Numbered from the stretch's first letter, positions 1 through 13,084 are shown. The stretch: 64,000 nucleotides of DNA from Octopus vulgaris (GCA_951406725.2 OX597819.1:129580001-129644000); one strand, 5' to 3'. Notes: a model not told the origin generated them from the letters alone. Translations and numbers: made by a program.

Positions 1-1042
1 GTATATGCTACAAATTTTATTAGTATATTTGGCATTCTTTCGGAAGAATACTGTGTGTGTATTATATATATATATATATATATATATTCATTCGTGGTTG
101 TATGGCATGAAGCTGGTTTCTAAACCACATGGTTCTAGTTTTATTCCTCCTGTGTGGAACCATGGCGGAGTGTCTTATAGCTTCAGGCTGACCAAAGATT
201 TGGTAGACGGTAACTGAAAGAAGCCCTTTGTATATATCACCATCGTTTTTAACGTCTGCTTTCCATGCTAGCATGGGTTGGACGTATGACTGAGGGCTGG
301 CGAACCAGATGGCTGTACCAGGCTTCAATCTTGATCTGGTAGAGTTTCTACAGCTGGATGCCCTTCCTTACGCCAACCACTTTGAGAGTGTAGTGGGTGC
401 TTTTACGTGCCAGTCAGGTGGTACTGGCAACGACCTCGCTCAAATCTTTTACACATGCCACGACACAGGTGCCAGTAAGGTGATGCTGGTAACGATCACA
501 CTCGGATAGTGCTCTTAATACCCTACTAGCACGGGGCTCGAGTGCCAGTAAAGCGACACTGGTAACGATCACGCTCGAATGGTGCCTTTTAAGTGCCACT
601 GGCATGGAAGCCAGTTAGCCGCTCTGTCAATGCTCACACTCGTATACATATATATATATATTTGTGTTTCTGTGTTTGTTCCACACTACAACTTGATAAC
701 TGGTGTTGGTTTGTTAACGTCCCTGTAACTTAGCATTTTGGCTGAAATCATTGATAGAATAAGTACCAGGCTTTTTGAAAAAAAGTGCTGGGATCAGTAA
801 GTTTGACAAAACATTCTTCATGGTGGTGCCCCAGCATGACCACAGTCTAACGACTGAAACAAATAAAAGGTTAAAGTGATATGATATTCTACTGCATGAC
901 ACCTTGGGCAAGTTTCTTCTGCTATAGTCCCAGACCAACTAAACTATATATAAAAATATCTAATTTGATGAGTGCCAATGCATGAAAATCTTGGCCCTTG
1001 AGTCACTCTGTTGCTTTTGTTAAATATTAATAATATATATGT

Positions 1043-1444
1043 GTAGGAGTGGCTGTGTGGTAAGTAGCTTGTCTACCAACCACATGGTTCCGGGTTCATC
1101 CCACTGCATGGCATCTTGGGCAAGTGTCTTCTGCTATAGCCCCGGGCCGACCAAAGCCTTGTGAGTGGATTTGGTAGACGGAAACTGAAAAGAAGCCCGT
1201 CGTATATATGTATATGTATATATATGTGTGTGTGTGTGTTTGTGTGTCTGTGTTTGTCCCCCTAGCATTGCTTGACAACCGATGCTGGTGTGTTTACGTC
1301 CCTGTCACTTAGCGGTTCGGCAAAAAGAGACCGATAGAATAAGTACTAGGCTTACAAAAGAATAAGTCCCGGGGTCGAGTTGCTCGACTAAAGGTGGTGC
1401 TCTAGCATGGCCGCAGTCAAATGACTGAAACAAGTAAAAAGAGT
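1043..1444 (+). mobile_element. tRNA-derived SINE with CORE-like domain and internal microsatellite (copies 28268-28650 -, 46963-47342 -, 60008-60411 +, many partial)
   Basis: tggctgtgtggtaag..ccgggttca..cttgggcaagtgtctt head, (TA/TG)n middle, 3' end atgactgaaacaagtaaaa. Confidence 0.85.
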
Positions 1445-1495
1445 ATATGTGTGCCTTTGTGTTTGTCACTCCCCCCCTTCCTTGACAATGATGTC

Positions 1496-1799
1496 GTGGA
1501 GGCACATGGTCTAGTGGTTAGAGCAGCGGACTCGTGGTCGAGGGATCGCGGGTTCGAATCTCAGACCGGGCGATGTGTGTGTTTATGAGCGAAACACCTA
1601 AGCTCCATGCGGCTCCGGCAGAAGGTAATGGCAAACTTCTGCTGACTCTTTCGCCACAACTTTCTCTCACTCTTTCCTCCTGCGTCTTGCAGCTCACCTG
1701 CGACGGATCGGCGTCCCGTCCAGGTGGAGAACCTATACGCCAAGGAAACCGGGAAAACCGGCCCTTATGAGCCAGGCATGGCTCGAGAAGGACCAAATA
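1496..1799 (+). mobile_element. tRNA-derived SINE, family 2 (further copies 29622-29930 +, 36670-36979 -)
   Basis: Head tggtctagtggttagagcagcggactcgtggtcgagggatcgcgggttcgaatc has A and B boxes; the other copies carry TSDs (actactttaacct; tgttattcagttg). Confidence 0.88.
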
Positions 1800-3251
1800 A
1801 ATGATGTTGGCTTGTTTACTTCTCGTAACTTAGCGGTTCAGCAAAAGAACTGATAGAATAAATTAAGCATTGGGGTCAATTCATTTGACTAAAACCCCAC
1901 ATGGTGGCGCCCTAGTATGACTGTAGTTGAATGAATAAAACAAGAATAAAAATATATATAAATTTTAGGTACAGTCATGGCTGTGTGAACCCAGAACCAA
2001 CCACATGGTTCTGGGTTCAGTCCCATTGCATGCCACCTTGGGCAAGTGTCTTCTGCTATAACCTCGGGCTGATCAAACCCTTGTGAATAGATTTGGTAGA
2101 GAGGAAATTGAAAGAAGCTCATTGTACACATATATACATATACCTGTGCTTGTGCCCGTATATAACACCCACTGCACTCTCGGAGTGGTTGGCATTAGGA
2201 AGGGCATCCCGCTGTAGAAATTCTGCCAGATCAAGACTAGAGTCTGGTGCAACCATCTGGTTCGCCAGCCCTCAGTCAAAATCGTCCAACCCATGCTAGC
2301 ATGGAAGGCAGATGTTAAACGATGATGATGTGTGTCTTTGTGTTTGTTTCCCACCACTTTTGGTTTGTTTATGTCCCTGTAACCTAGTAGTTCAACAAAA
2401 AGAGACTGATAGAATAAGAAGCAGGCTTAAAAATAAATTTCTTCAAAGTGACAGTCTAATGATTGAAATAATAAAAGATATCTGATCGTTAATTAGCCAC
2501 AGGTCATCTTTCATTTAGTGACCTTTGAAGCTGAAAAATGTTCCACCTTTGGCATTTCTCTGTTGTATGTATTATCACTTTGCATCCAAGACCACATTAT
2601 CCAATATATTCTTACTCTTTCAAAACAGTAGGGCAAGGTATAAAGATTTGGCTGCTATTTCTAGTAGATTGAATGATCATATAGGCAGCTTGGTTTCAAT
2701 GTCTGGTTTTAATGTTTTGGAAAATTGGATGTTCTTGTTTTGAATTGATTCTTGTGTGTGTAAATATGTGTATATATATATCATCATCATCCGCTTTCCA
2801 TGCTAGCATGGGTTGGATGGTTCGACCGGGGTCTGGGAAGCCAGGAGGCTGCACCAGGCTCCAGTCTGATCTGGCAGTGTTTCTACAGCTGGATGCCCTT
2901 CCTAATGCCAACCACTTCAAGAGTGTAGTGGGTGCTTTTTACGTGCCACCAGCACAGGTGCCAGGCGAGGCTGGCAGCAGCCACGATCGGTTGGTGCTTT
3001 TTACATGCCACTGGCACAGGAGCCAGTCAAGGCAGCACTGGCACCAACCACATTCGGATGGTGCTTTTTACGTGCCACCGGCACAAGTATCACAACTACA
3101 ATTTCCATTTGATATTTATTTTAATATTGATGTACTTGACTCAATAGGTCTCCTCAAGCACAGCAGGTCACCCTACGATCCAAGGTAAGCACAGCAGGTT
3201 GTTCTGCAATTCAAGGTACTTTGGATATATATATGTATGTATGTATATGCT

Positions 3252-4225
3252 TAGTAGGCTTCTGTTGGTCTTGAGAGACCATGGATCTGCACCCAAAGAA
3301 ATCGTGACAGCTGCTGATAATGGGGCAACATCTGCTGTGGCTGTAGAGGCCTACATGCGAGTGGCAGTCACTCATGCAGTGACTGTGCATTTGAAGGAGT
3401 TCTCTGCCAGTGCTACTGGTTTTTCCTTTTGTCGAATACACTTTTCTTAAGTGGCAAGTTCACGTTTCTTTACCCTTTGCTTCATCCCCTTTCGTAACAT
3501 CTGTCCCCAGCCTGATCGATCATTTATGACCTCTTCCCATCTCAGGACGTCCAGATCAACCAGCTTCATATCTCTCTTGCAGACGTCCTTGAAACAAAGA
3601 TGGGGTCATCCTTGTGCTCTTGTGCTGGTGGCCAATTCCCCATACAGGAGGTCTTTTGGGATCCTCCCATCTGGAGCAGGGTGAATATACTGGGTATCTT
3701 GGCATGGTTGAGGACTTCAGTGCTGGTGATTCAGTTGTTCCACTTGATATCCAAGATGGGTCTCAAATTACGAAGGTGAGAAATGTTGAGATGCCCTTTC
3801 TGTCTAGAGTAGAGGCTCCATGTCTCACTGCCATGAAAGTAGTTTACCGAGGACATCTTCTAGGCAGCAATTATTGGTGTTTGTGACCAGTTCTCTGTTT
3901 TCTGAGACTCTCTTTGTGAGCCTGGCAAATGTGAAGGATGCTTGTTCAATTCGCCTGCTGATCTGAGGGTCCAGGGAGAGGGCATCAGCGATGGTAGAGA
4001 GCTGTGATAGAGCTGAATTCATGGACTGCCTCTAGCTTGTAGTTGCGGAGGGAGGGGTTGCATGACACCTTGGCCCAATGTTTTGGTCTTCTTCAGACTG
4101 AGAGTCTGGCTTTTGAGAGTTTGTCCACATGGTGCTGCATTTGCTTCTCAGAGTGTGCTGTCAGTGCTGTGTCATCCACAAACAGCATTTCTCTGATGAG
4201 CCCTGGATTTTGCTTTCAGCCTCGA
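3252..4225 (-). mobile_element. Degenerate RTE-clade LINE, 3' portion
   Basis: Minus-strand remnants RRIEQASFTFARLTKRV and DGRIPKDLLYGEL..FKDVCKRDMK. Confidence 0.75.
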
Positions 4226-4539
4226 CAGTCCGCAGTCAAATCGTCCAACCCATGCTAGCATGGAAAGCAGAGGCAAAGTGGCTCAGCTCTTTTTTAGGGT
4301 TGGGCCTCTTGAAGGCAATGACTGAGACCTTTGGCATTATGTTGTGCTTGAGAAGGAGACCTGTCAAGCCAAGTAAAACTTCTAGGTTAACTCTCTTCCT
4401 GATTTATTAGGCTACGACTCTTTCTCTAACTTTCGTGACCTGATCCGGTAGTTTTATACTTCTGTAATTACATCTAAGGCAATATCTTATATAATTGTAA
4501 CAGGTACTTATTTAATAAGTACCAGTCATTTTGCTTTCA

Positions 4540-4935
4540 GACTAAACAGTTTACTGTCTGATCTGGTACGAAGGTAGTCACCATCAGTTGATGATCCAAA
4601 TGTGTGTTTCAGCATGGCTCTGAAGAGGATGCTAAACAGGATGGGGGTAAGCGCAGCCTTACTTCATGTCGCTACATATGTCGAATGCCTCTGAAGAAGA
4701 GCCATCAAACTGAATGATGCTTTTCATATCCACATAAGATGACTGGACAATCCTGAGGAGTCTTGGAGGATAGCCAGTCTTGGCTAGGATATTGAACAGG
4801 CCATCTCTACTAACTAGATCAAAAGCCTTTGTGAGGTCAATGAAGGTGATGATGAGGGGTTGCCTTTGCTCTTCATACTTATTTTGTAGCTGTTGAAGAG
4901 AGAAGATCATGTTCTGTAATGCGAATGACCTGATG
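4540..4935 (-). mobile_element. RTE-clade LINE reverse transcriptase fragment
   Basis: MIFSLQQLQNKYEEQRQPLIITFIDLTKAFDLVSRDGLF matches RT motifs of RTE elements. Confidence 0.8.
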
Positions 4936-5855
4936 ATATCATCATTTAACATCCATTTTCCATGCTGGCATGGCTTAGACAGTTTGATTGGAGCTAGTGA
5001 GTCAGAGAGCTGCACCAGGCTCCAGCAAAAGGAAGTGACGAAGGCCTAAATACATAGGGAACAATCTGAAATTTAGAGAACTACTACTTGAAACATTTGA
5101 TGGAGATGAAGATGAGATAGAGATGTGTAATGTAGAGGAGAGCTGGCGGTTCCTTTGGACCAATCCATTGAGGGCAACAGACTAAATCTGGCTGGTGAAA
5201 AGTTCCAGCCAGGCCAAGGGTGATATGGTGGAACAGTGAAGTATACAGAATCATAAAACTGAAGAGACTTGCTTGGAAGGATTGGAAGTATGGGGGTAGC
5301 AGAGAATTATACTGGCTGGCTAGAAGAAAAGCTAGGGGACATATTTAGCAAGGGGAGAAACAGAGCAGGTGGTCCTTGCCAATATTCTACAGTGGGGATC
5401 AGAGGTATGAGGTTTTTTGGATTACAAAACATTGAGGCAGAAAGAATCAAGATCATCATCATCGTTTAACGTCTGTTTTCCATGCTAGCATGGGTTGGAC
5501 GGTTCGGCCGGGGTCTGGGAAGCCAGGAGGCTGCACCAGGCTCCAATCTTGATCTGGTAGAGTTTCTACAGCTGGATGCTCTTTCTAACACCAACCACTC
5601 TGAGAGTGTAGTGGGTGCTTTTTATGTGCCGCCAGGGGAGGCTGGCAACGGCCACGATCGGTTGGTGTTTTTTATGTGCCACCAGCACGGAAGCCAGTCA
5701 AGGTGGCGCTGGCATCGGCCATGTATGGATGGTGCTTTTTAGGTGCCACCGGCACAGGTGCCAGGGTAGGCTGGCAATGGCCACGAATGGTTGGTGCTTT
5801 TTATGTGCCACTGGCACAGAAGCCAGTCAAGGCGGCGCTGGATAATGGTATACTT

Positions 5856-6305
5856 ATACTTGGTGATTCTGAAGAGAAAGAGGCATGGGAGAGCTACTAC
5901 GAAAGGCTATTGAATGTGGAAAAAGCATAGGAGAAAGAGGGTCTTCCCAACATGGACCTAACAGAGGACCCAGCTATCCTTGTTGGCAGTAGTATGATAG
6001 ATAAAGCAATGGAGGCAGGGAAAACCTCTGGCAAACCAGGAATCACTGTTGGGATGCTTAAAATATCTGGTGGAGTAGGATATAGTTTAGTTACCCATAT
6101 AGCTAATCACGTTGAACAGGAAGGTGTTATTTCCAGTGATTAGTGTAGTAGCATTGTTGCCAACTGTTACAATTATATAAGATATGCCTTGGATGTAATT
6201 ACAGAAGAATAAAACTACCGGGTCAGGTCACGAAAGTTAGAGAAAGAGTCATAGCCTAATTAATCAGGAAGAGAGTTAACCTAGATGAGATGCCATTTGT
6301 TTTTT
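5856..6305 (+). mobile_element. Degenerate RTE-like LINE ORF2 fragment
   Basis: EKEAWESYYERLLNVE, GKTSGKPGITVGMLK and an RVNLDEM-like remnant of the pre-RT region. Confidence 0.6.
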
Positions 6306-6319
6306 TTATGTCATGGATA

Positions 6320-6822
6320 AGTACTACCAGGGCTGTCTTTTTTGTAAGATAATTGCTAGAGATCTACTGTGAGCGGCTTGAGCAACTGAAGTCAGTGCTA
6401 GAAGGAAAATGATCATCTTTGGTTTCAAGATGAAAGGTGTTCTTCCATCAGGATAATGCTCGGCCACATACATCGAGGATGACATTCCAAAAGCTGGAGC
6501 AGTTTGAATGGGAAAAGGTGCTCCACCCACCATATTCGTCAGACATTACCCCATCTGATTATCATTTATTCCACAGTTTTCAAAATCATCTGGATGGAAA
6601 AAATATACATTCTCTAGACGAAGTCAGAACAGTACTGGAGGAGTATTTTCCGTCACGTACAAGTGAATTTTGGAAGAGGGGCCTTGCAAGTCTACCAGTT
6701 AGATGGCAGAGCATTGTAGAAAATGGAGAGTATATTTTAGATTGAAAAAGAACTTTGTTTTTCTTAATTTTGAAAAATAAAAAAAGTACAAAAAATCTGC
6801 ATTATTTATGGGATGACCCTAT
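6320..6822 (+). mobile_element. Mariner (Tc1/mariner) transposase 3' remnant with right terminus
   Basis: FHQDNARPH...HPPYSSDITPSDYHLF resembles the mariner DNA.PH and YSPDLAPSD motifs; ends in tgcattatttatgggatgaccc-TA. Confidence 0.85.
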
Positions 6823-6854
6823 GTGTGTGTGTATATATATATATTGAACCAAAT

Positions 6855-7630
6855 TTGGTGACTGGCACCTGTGCCATTGGAGCGCTAACAGCTCCATCCG
6901 AGCAGAATCACTGCAAGAGCAGCTGTCTGGCTTCCGTGCCGGTGGCACGTAAAAGGCACCATTTGAGCGTCATCATTACCAGCATCGCTTTACTGGCACT
7001 TGTGCCGGTGGCATGTAAACAAAAACATTCGAGTGAGGTCATTGCCAGTGTCGCTGGACTGACTCCTGTGCAGGTGGCACGTAAAAAACACCATTTTGAA
7101 CGTGACCATTGCCAGTACCGCTAGGCTGGCCTTCATGCCGGTGGCACGTAAAATCACCCACAACACTCTCGGAGTGGTTGGCGTTAGGAAGAGCATCCAG
7201 CTGTAGAAACTCTGCCAGATCAAGACTGGAGCCTGGTGCAGCCATCTGGTTCGCCAGTCCTCAGTCAAATCGTCCAACCCATGCTAGCATGGAAAGCAGA
7301 GGCAAAGTGGCTGAGCTCTTTTTTAGGGTTGGGCCTCTTGGAGGCAATGACTGAGACCTTTGGCATTATGTTGTGCTTGAGAAGAAGACCCGTCAAGCCA
7401 AGTAAAATCACAGTCATGGCAGATACTGGTGTCATGCAAATGGCACCCATGTTGGTGGCATGTAAAAGCACCAATTACACTCTCGGAGTGGTTGGCGTTA
7501 GGAAGGGCATCCAGCCATAGAAACCATGCCAAATCAGACAGGAGTCTGGTGCAGCCTTTCAGCTTGCCAGCCCTGGTCAAACTGTCCAACCCATGCCAGC
7601 ATGGACAACGGACATTAAATGATGCTGATG
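6855..7630 (+). mobile_element. RTE-LINE 3' end/UTR repeat with (GAT)n tail and ~55-60 bp internal minisatellite (representative of 20 or more copies)
   Basis: Conserved gagtggttggcgttaggaagggcatccagctgtagaaac...ccaacccatgctagcatggaaagcggacgttaaacgatgatg. Other copies at about 240-640, 2780-3200, 5455-5845, 25490-26250, 27090-27520, 32250-32460, 34640-34990, 38560-38970, 41450-41790, 43900-44535, 49440-49855, 51685-51960, 54510-54750, 55985-56390, 56940-57475 and 62240-62480. Confidence 0.85.
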
Positions 7631-8248
7631 TGTGTTGTGTGTGTGTGTGTGTGTGTATGTATATATATATATATAAGAACGCATTAAGAGGCTTCCAAAT
7701 AGGAAAGCCTTGTGCTAGAAAGAGCAGTAGAAAACTCAAACCACTAATTATGGATAAATTCTCAAAAGGATTGAACATTAAAAACGTTTACCATCTAATT
7801 TAGTTCCTAGACTATGGTTTCTAACTCATTCCAGTAAAAAAAGCATGGTGGTATCTCGTATATACCCTAATTTATAATTTTAATAATTATTACCTTTGAA
7901 GGTTATTTTTTCCATGCTGACCACTTGATAAAATTGTTACTTTATATTTAAATTAACAATCTTATCCTTATATATATATATATGTGTGTGTGTGTGTTTG
8001 TGTGTGGCTTTGCAAATGAAAATCCATGAATAAGGGAAAAAGTTGACTATGTTAATAGTAGACACATTTGTAGTTGTATAGACTAATAAATGTTATGCAG
8101 ATCAAGCTTAACAACTGCAAGTGAAATTCTATCCAAAAGTCCAAATGCTGCTGTTTCATGTTTCTTCCTCAAAATTCTTTTGAATTCAAAGTCAGCTCTG
8201 CTGGCATTCTTGAAGGAGATGACAAACTGGGGATGGTATTTCCTCAAA

Positions 8249-9219
8249 AGGCGGCAAGCTGGCCGAATTGTAGTGCGCTGGACGAAATTCTTAGCGGTAT
8301 TTTGTCTGCTGCTACATTCTGAGTTCAAATTCCGATGAAGTCGACTTTGCCTTTCATCCTTTCGGGGTTGATTAAATAAGTACCAGTTACGCACTGGGGT
8401 CGATATAATCAACTTAATCTGTTTGTCTGTCCTTGTTTGTCCCCTCTGTGTTTAGCCCCTTGTGGGTAGTAAAGAAATAGGTATTTCGTCTGCCATTACG
8501 TTCTGAGTCCAAATTCTGCCGAGGTCGACTTTGCCTTTCATCCTTTCGGGGGTCGATTAAATAAGTACCAGTTACGCACTGGGGTCGATATAATCGACTT
8601 AATCTGTTTGTCTGTCCTTGTTTGTCCCCTCTGTGTTTAGCCCCTTGTGGGTAGTAAAGAAATAGGTATTTCGCCTGCCGCTACATTCTGAGTTCAAATT
8701 CCGCCGAGGTCGACTTTGCCTTTCATCCTTTCAGGGGTTGATTAAATAAGTACCAGTTATGCACTGGGGTCGATATAATCGACTTAATCTGTTTGTCTGT
8801 CCATGTTTGTCCCCTCTGTGTTTAGCCCCTTGTGGGTAGTAAAGAAATAGGTATTTCGTCTGCCATTACGTTCTGAGTCCAAATTCTGCCGAGGTCGACT
8901 TTGCCTTTCATCCTTTCGGGGGTCGATTAAATAAGTACCAGTTACGCACTGGGGTCGATATAATCGACTTAATCCCTTTGTCTGTCCTTGTTTGTCCCCT
9001 CTGGGTTTAGCCCCTTGTGGGTAGTAAAGAAATAGGTATTTCGTCTGCCATTACGTTCTGAGTCCAAATTCTGCCGAGGTCGACTTTGCCTTTCATTCTT
9101 TCGGGGGTCGATTAAATAAGTACCAGTTACGCACTGGGGTCGATATAATCGACTTAATCTGTTTGTCTGTCCTTGTTTGTCCCCTCTGTGTTTAGCCCCT
9201 TGTGGGTAGCAAAGGAATA
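8249..9219 (+). repeat. SINE-derived tandem array: one tRNA-like head plus 5 x ~185 bp bodies, flanked by a 14-bp TSD
   Basis: AAAG(A/G)AATAG recurs at 8471, 8656, 8841, 9026 and 9211; TSD ggtat(t/g)tcctcaaa at 8235-8248 and 9220-9233. Confidence 0.92.
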
Positions 9220-9999
9220 GGTATGTCCTCAAACTTCATAATTTAATGGATAACCATTGCTCAATATGACATGCAACGAGGGTTTTATTCAGGGCAACTT
9301 TGTGTCTTTTTCTTTTGAGCTCCTCTAACATAGTGGTCTGTGCAGGGGTCACTATACAATCTAGGGCAGGTGAGGGCTCTCCATTGGGGAAGTGTGTCCT
9401 CCACATAAGAGCTGTGACTTTATAGTATGGCCTTGGTGCTTGTGATTTCTGCCATATATGTTGGTAATATATACTGGATGGAAGCACTCCGTCGGTTACG
9501 ACGACGAGGGTTCCGGTTGATCCGATCAATGGAACAGCCTGCTCGTGAAATTAACGTGTAAGTGGCTGAGCACTCCACAGACACGTGTACCCTTAACGTA
9601 GTTCTCGGGGATATTCAGCGTGACACAGAGAGTAACAAGGCCGGCCCCTTGAAATACAGGTACAACAGAAACAGGAAGTAATAGTAAGAGAAAGTTGTGG
9701 TGAAAGAGTACAGCAGGGATCACCACCCCCTGCCGGAGCCTTGTGGAGCTTTAGGTGTTTTTGCTCAATAAACACTCACAACGCCCGGTCTGGGAATCGA
9801 AACCGCGATCCTATGACTGCGAGTCCGCTGCCCTAACCACTGGGCCATTGCGCCTCCACTAATATATACTAGTGGATGATGTAAATGTAGCTCTGTTGGA
9901 AGGAGTTGTTGGTGGTAATGGTAGATATCCATGATTCAGAGCTACACAAGGGGATGACCTGTACAATGTTTCTGTACATGCTGATCTCTGTGTCTTTCC

Positions 10000-10345
10000 T
10001 CAGGTGTTATCAAAGAAGCTTGAGAGGCGGTTGGATGGAACTTACACTCGCCTTCTTATGAGAGCTCAAAATCTCTCGTGGAAGCGTCATCCAACCAAAG
10101 TAGAAATATATGGGAAACTACCACCTGTATCATCTTTTGTGAAAGGTAGAAGAGTCCAGTTTGCTGGACATTGTTGTAGAGCGGAAAACGAAGTAATTTC
10201 TACTCTTCTCCTCTGGAAGCCATCTGCTCGTGACACCAGAGGGCACACACTCTCCTACCCTGATGTAATCTCCAGGGATACAAACATCCAGCAACAGGAC
10301 TTCCATAATGCATTGTCTCGACCACGGTTGAACGATGATGATGAT
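10000..10345 (+). mobile_element. Non-LTR (RTE-like) retrotransposon C-terminal fragment
   Basis: LERRLDGTYTRLLMRAQNLSWKRHPT..RRVQFAGHCCR..LLLWKP, followed by a (GAT)n tail. Confidence 0.65.
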
Positions 10346-11276
10346 GACTCTAGATGTCTTTGTATGGTCTGTTGACTGTACTTTACTGTTTGCTTTTGTC
10401 AGTCTGTTGTCTACCTCTTTGCTAATTTCGGCATCAGGTGAGATGATGATGATGCATTCTAGGAAGCTGAACTGTTGGTCATCCAGTTGGAAATTGATAC
10501 TTCAAGAGGTCCTGCTCAACCCATGCCAGCATGGAAAAGCTGCAATAAAAAGTGAAAATGATGATGTAATGAGCTATCAAATATTTTACATTTATATTCA
10601 TTACATTGGAATTAGTCAAATAGGATACAAACCTAATATTTCACTGCTGTGTCAAAGTTGTTTGATATTTCTCTAGACTTTTATTATTATTAATTCATGT
10701 TTATGTCAAATACGTCCATTATTTCTCAAGTCATTGAAGCAATAAAGAAGCTTTGGGGAGAGGGTCATTGAAGGAAAGAGAGATTGAGGGTCATGGAAGT
10801 GGGGGGCAAAGAAGGAGAGTGAGAGTGTCGCGGCAGAGAAACTGCGACGATGAGAGGGCAGCTGGAGAAGTAGAATGAAGGGTGGGTAGCTGTGGGTGAA
10901 TGAAGTGAGAGCAATGAGAAAGGAGAGGCTGGAGGGTATTGTAGGGATGACGAAGGGTAGAGAATAGAGGCTGGATGCAGTGAAAGCATCCAAGGCTTGG
11001 GAGGCTGTAAAGTGAGGACAGAGGAAGAGAAGCTAAGAGGAGGGGGAGCTCTGTAAGAACATAATGGTTTTAGACTTCTACCTTTCTTCTTTATGTAGTC
11101 TGTCCTCATCTCTAAGTGTAGCAAGAGGCTGACTTAACCAAAATAAAAAAAGTATTATTAATTCTTCTCTACCATGGTGTGCTGGAATTGTCTTTTTTCT
11201 TTTTTCCGACAATCAACTTTAAATGGATACACACACACATAACAAACATAACTAAAAAATCAACCCTGAACTCAAC

Positions 11277-11310
<34 letters not shown>

Positions 11311-11639
11311 AATGTATTTATGGCAATATTGTTAAGAAACTTCACTTTAGAACCATATGGTTTGGGATTTGCTCCCACTGCAGCTGTGACCCGGTGATAA
11401 TAAAAAGACTGAAAGGAGGTCTGCAATCAAATAACTTTACTCAACACTTTGCAACTGAATCAGTGGAAGCAAAGATGCCTCATTTACTTGACAATTTATA
11501 CACCACATTGCAGAAATCACAATCTAAGTGTATGTCAAAGCAAACTGTTACACTGTTGTACCATTGAATTACAAATAATACTCATCTTCTATGCTCGGAT
11601 GACCCCACAGCTTCCAAGAGTACAACTGTATTCGTCTTT

Positions 11640-12280
11640 GTTTAAATAAAATGGCTAAATTGTGGGTGTTAAGTCCCCATGAAGGGGTCTTTCTAACTTG
11701 TAAGAAGATAAAATTTTATAAATATTACTTCATTTGTATCTAATATCTATGGTTAAAATTTCATCAACAGCAAAAATATATGAATTGTCATGGGGATTAT
11801 GGCCCTTATGCATAGAATATAATTTCCAAATTTCCTAAAGATCCATTCAGTACTTTTGACCTAGGTTTGGATCATAAAAGAAATGACTAAAATTTGGGAG
11901 TTAAGGCCTCCATTAGGGTGTCTTAGAATCCTCATGTGAAGTGTAAACTTTGAGAATACTTCTTGATGTGTGTCAATTACTCATGGTTGAAATTTCATCA
12001 ACATCGAAAATTTATGAATTTTCATGGGGGTCCTGCCCCCTTTAAGCCATCTGAAATTCAAGCCAAACATATTGCATTATACCCGCCCTTATGCATTGAA
12101 TCTAAGTTTCAAATATCATAAGGATCCATTCAGTAATTTTGGTCCATGAAACACACAGCATTACCCTTCTCCCTAGGCTTGGATTTTGTGTTCTAAATTT
12201 CATTATGATCGGTGCAGCAGTTTTCGAATGTATAAGTAACACACGAACACATAAAGCCATTGACTTTGATATAATAGATA
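11640..12280 (-). mobile_element. Degenerate Helitron-like element with internal repeats
   Basis: Repeated aaatttcatcaaca..tatgaatt.tcatgggg, gcccttatgcat and gatccattcagta blocks; ends in tataatagat like the other Helitron's 5' terminus. Confidence 0.45.
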
Positions 12281-12295
12281 TGAATGTGCACATAT

Positions 12296-12329
<34 letters not shown>

Positions 12330-12915
12330 ATGTGCGTGTGTAGGCGCGGGCATGGCTGTGTGGTTAGGGAGCTTGCTTTCTAGCTACATGATTTCGGGTT
12401 CAGTCCCACTGCGTGGCACTATGGGTAGGTGTCTTCCACTATAGCCCCGAGCTGACCGGAGCTTTGTGATTGAATTCGAATTCGGTAGGTGGAAGTTACT
12501 GGCGTGTGTGTATGTGTGCGTATAGCTGCTCAGTGCCTCTCCGAAAGAGAGAGAGTGATGTGTATTATATATATATATATATATATACACACACGCAAAA
12601 ATAGATTGATAGATACAGCTGAGTGGGCAAACAAAAATATGAGATACAGCGCTAGTGCTGTTTTATATTTTGATAAGCCTGGTACTTATTCTATCAGTTT
12701 CTTGCTCTTCAGTGAAACGAATTCAAAATATATCATGAATGAACAAAACCAACATACGAGGCGGAACCAGACAGACAACCGTCGTCTCCATCGTAGCATA
12801 TGAAAATGTTCACCCCTCATATATTTATGTAAATTCTGTTTTTAAATGTCTTGCTTCGAGAGCTGCATTTGGTATGATTTGTTTATTTTTGGTAGTTATG
12901 TGTAATAATGCCCTC

Positions 12916-12960
<45 letters not shown>

Positions 12961-13084
12961 TGTAAATTTAAATTTAAAATAATAAGGGTGAAAAATTGAA
13001 TATTTATTTGATTAATATCAATTGAAAACCAGTGGTGTAGCATATTGAAAAGTCTGAAGTTTCAGAAAAAATTATATTACATAC

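Noticed and set aside
1496-1575. tRNA gene (also 13537-13610 and 29622-29700)
   Set aside because: The A/B-box head continues into a ~300-bp multi-copy body with TSDs and lacks a complete acceptor stem; SINE head.
2712-3188. Recurrent short ORFs with [12 protein letters not shown] / [13 protein letters not shown] motifs as a protein family
   Set aside because: Translations of the non-coding RTE 3' UTR repeat; frames and stops vary among copies.
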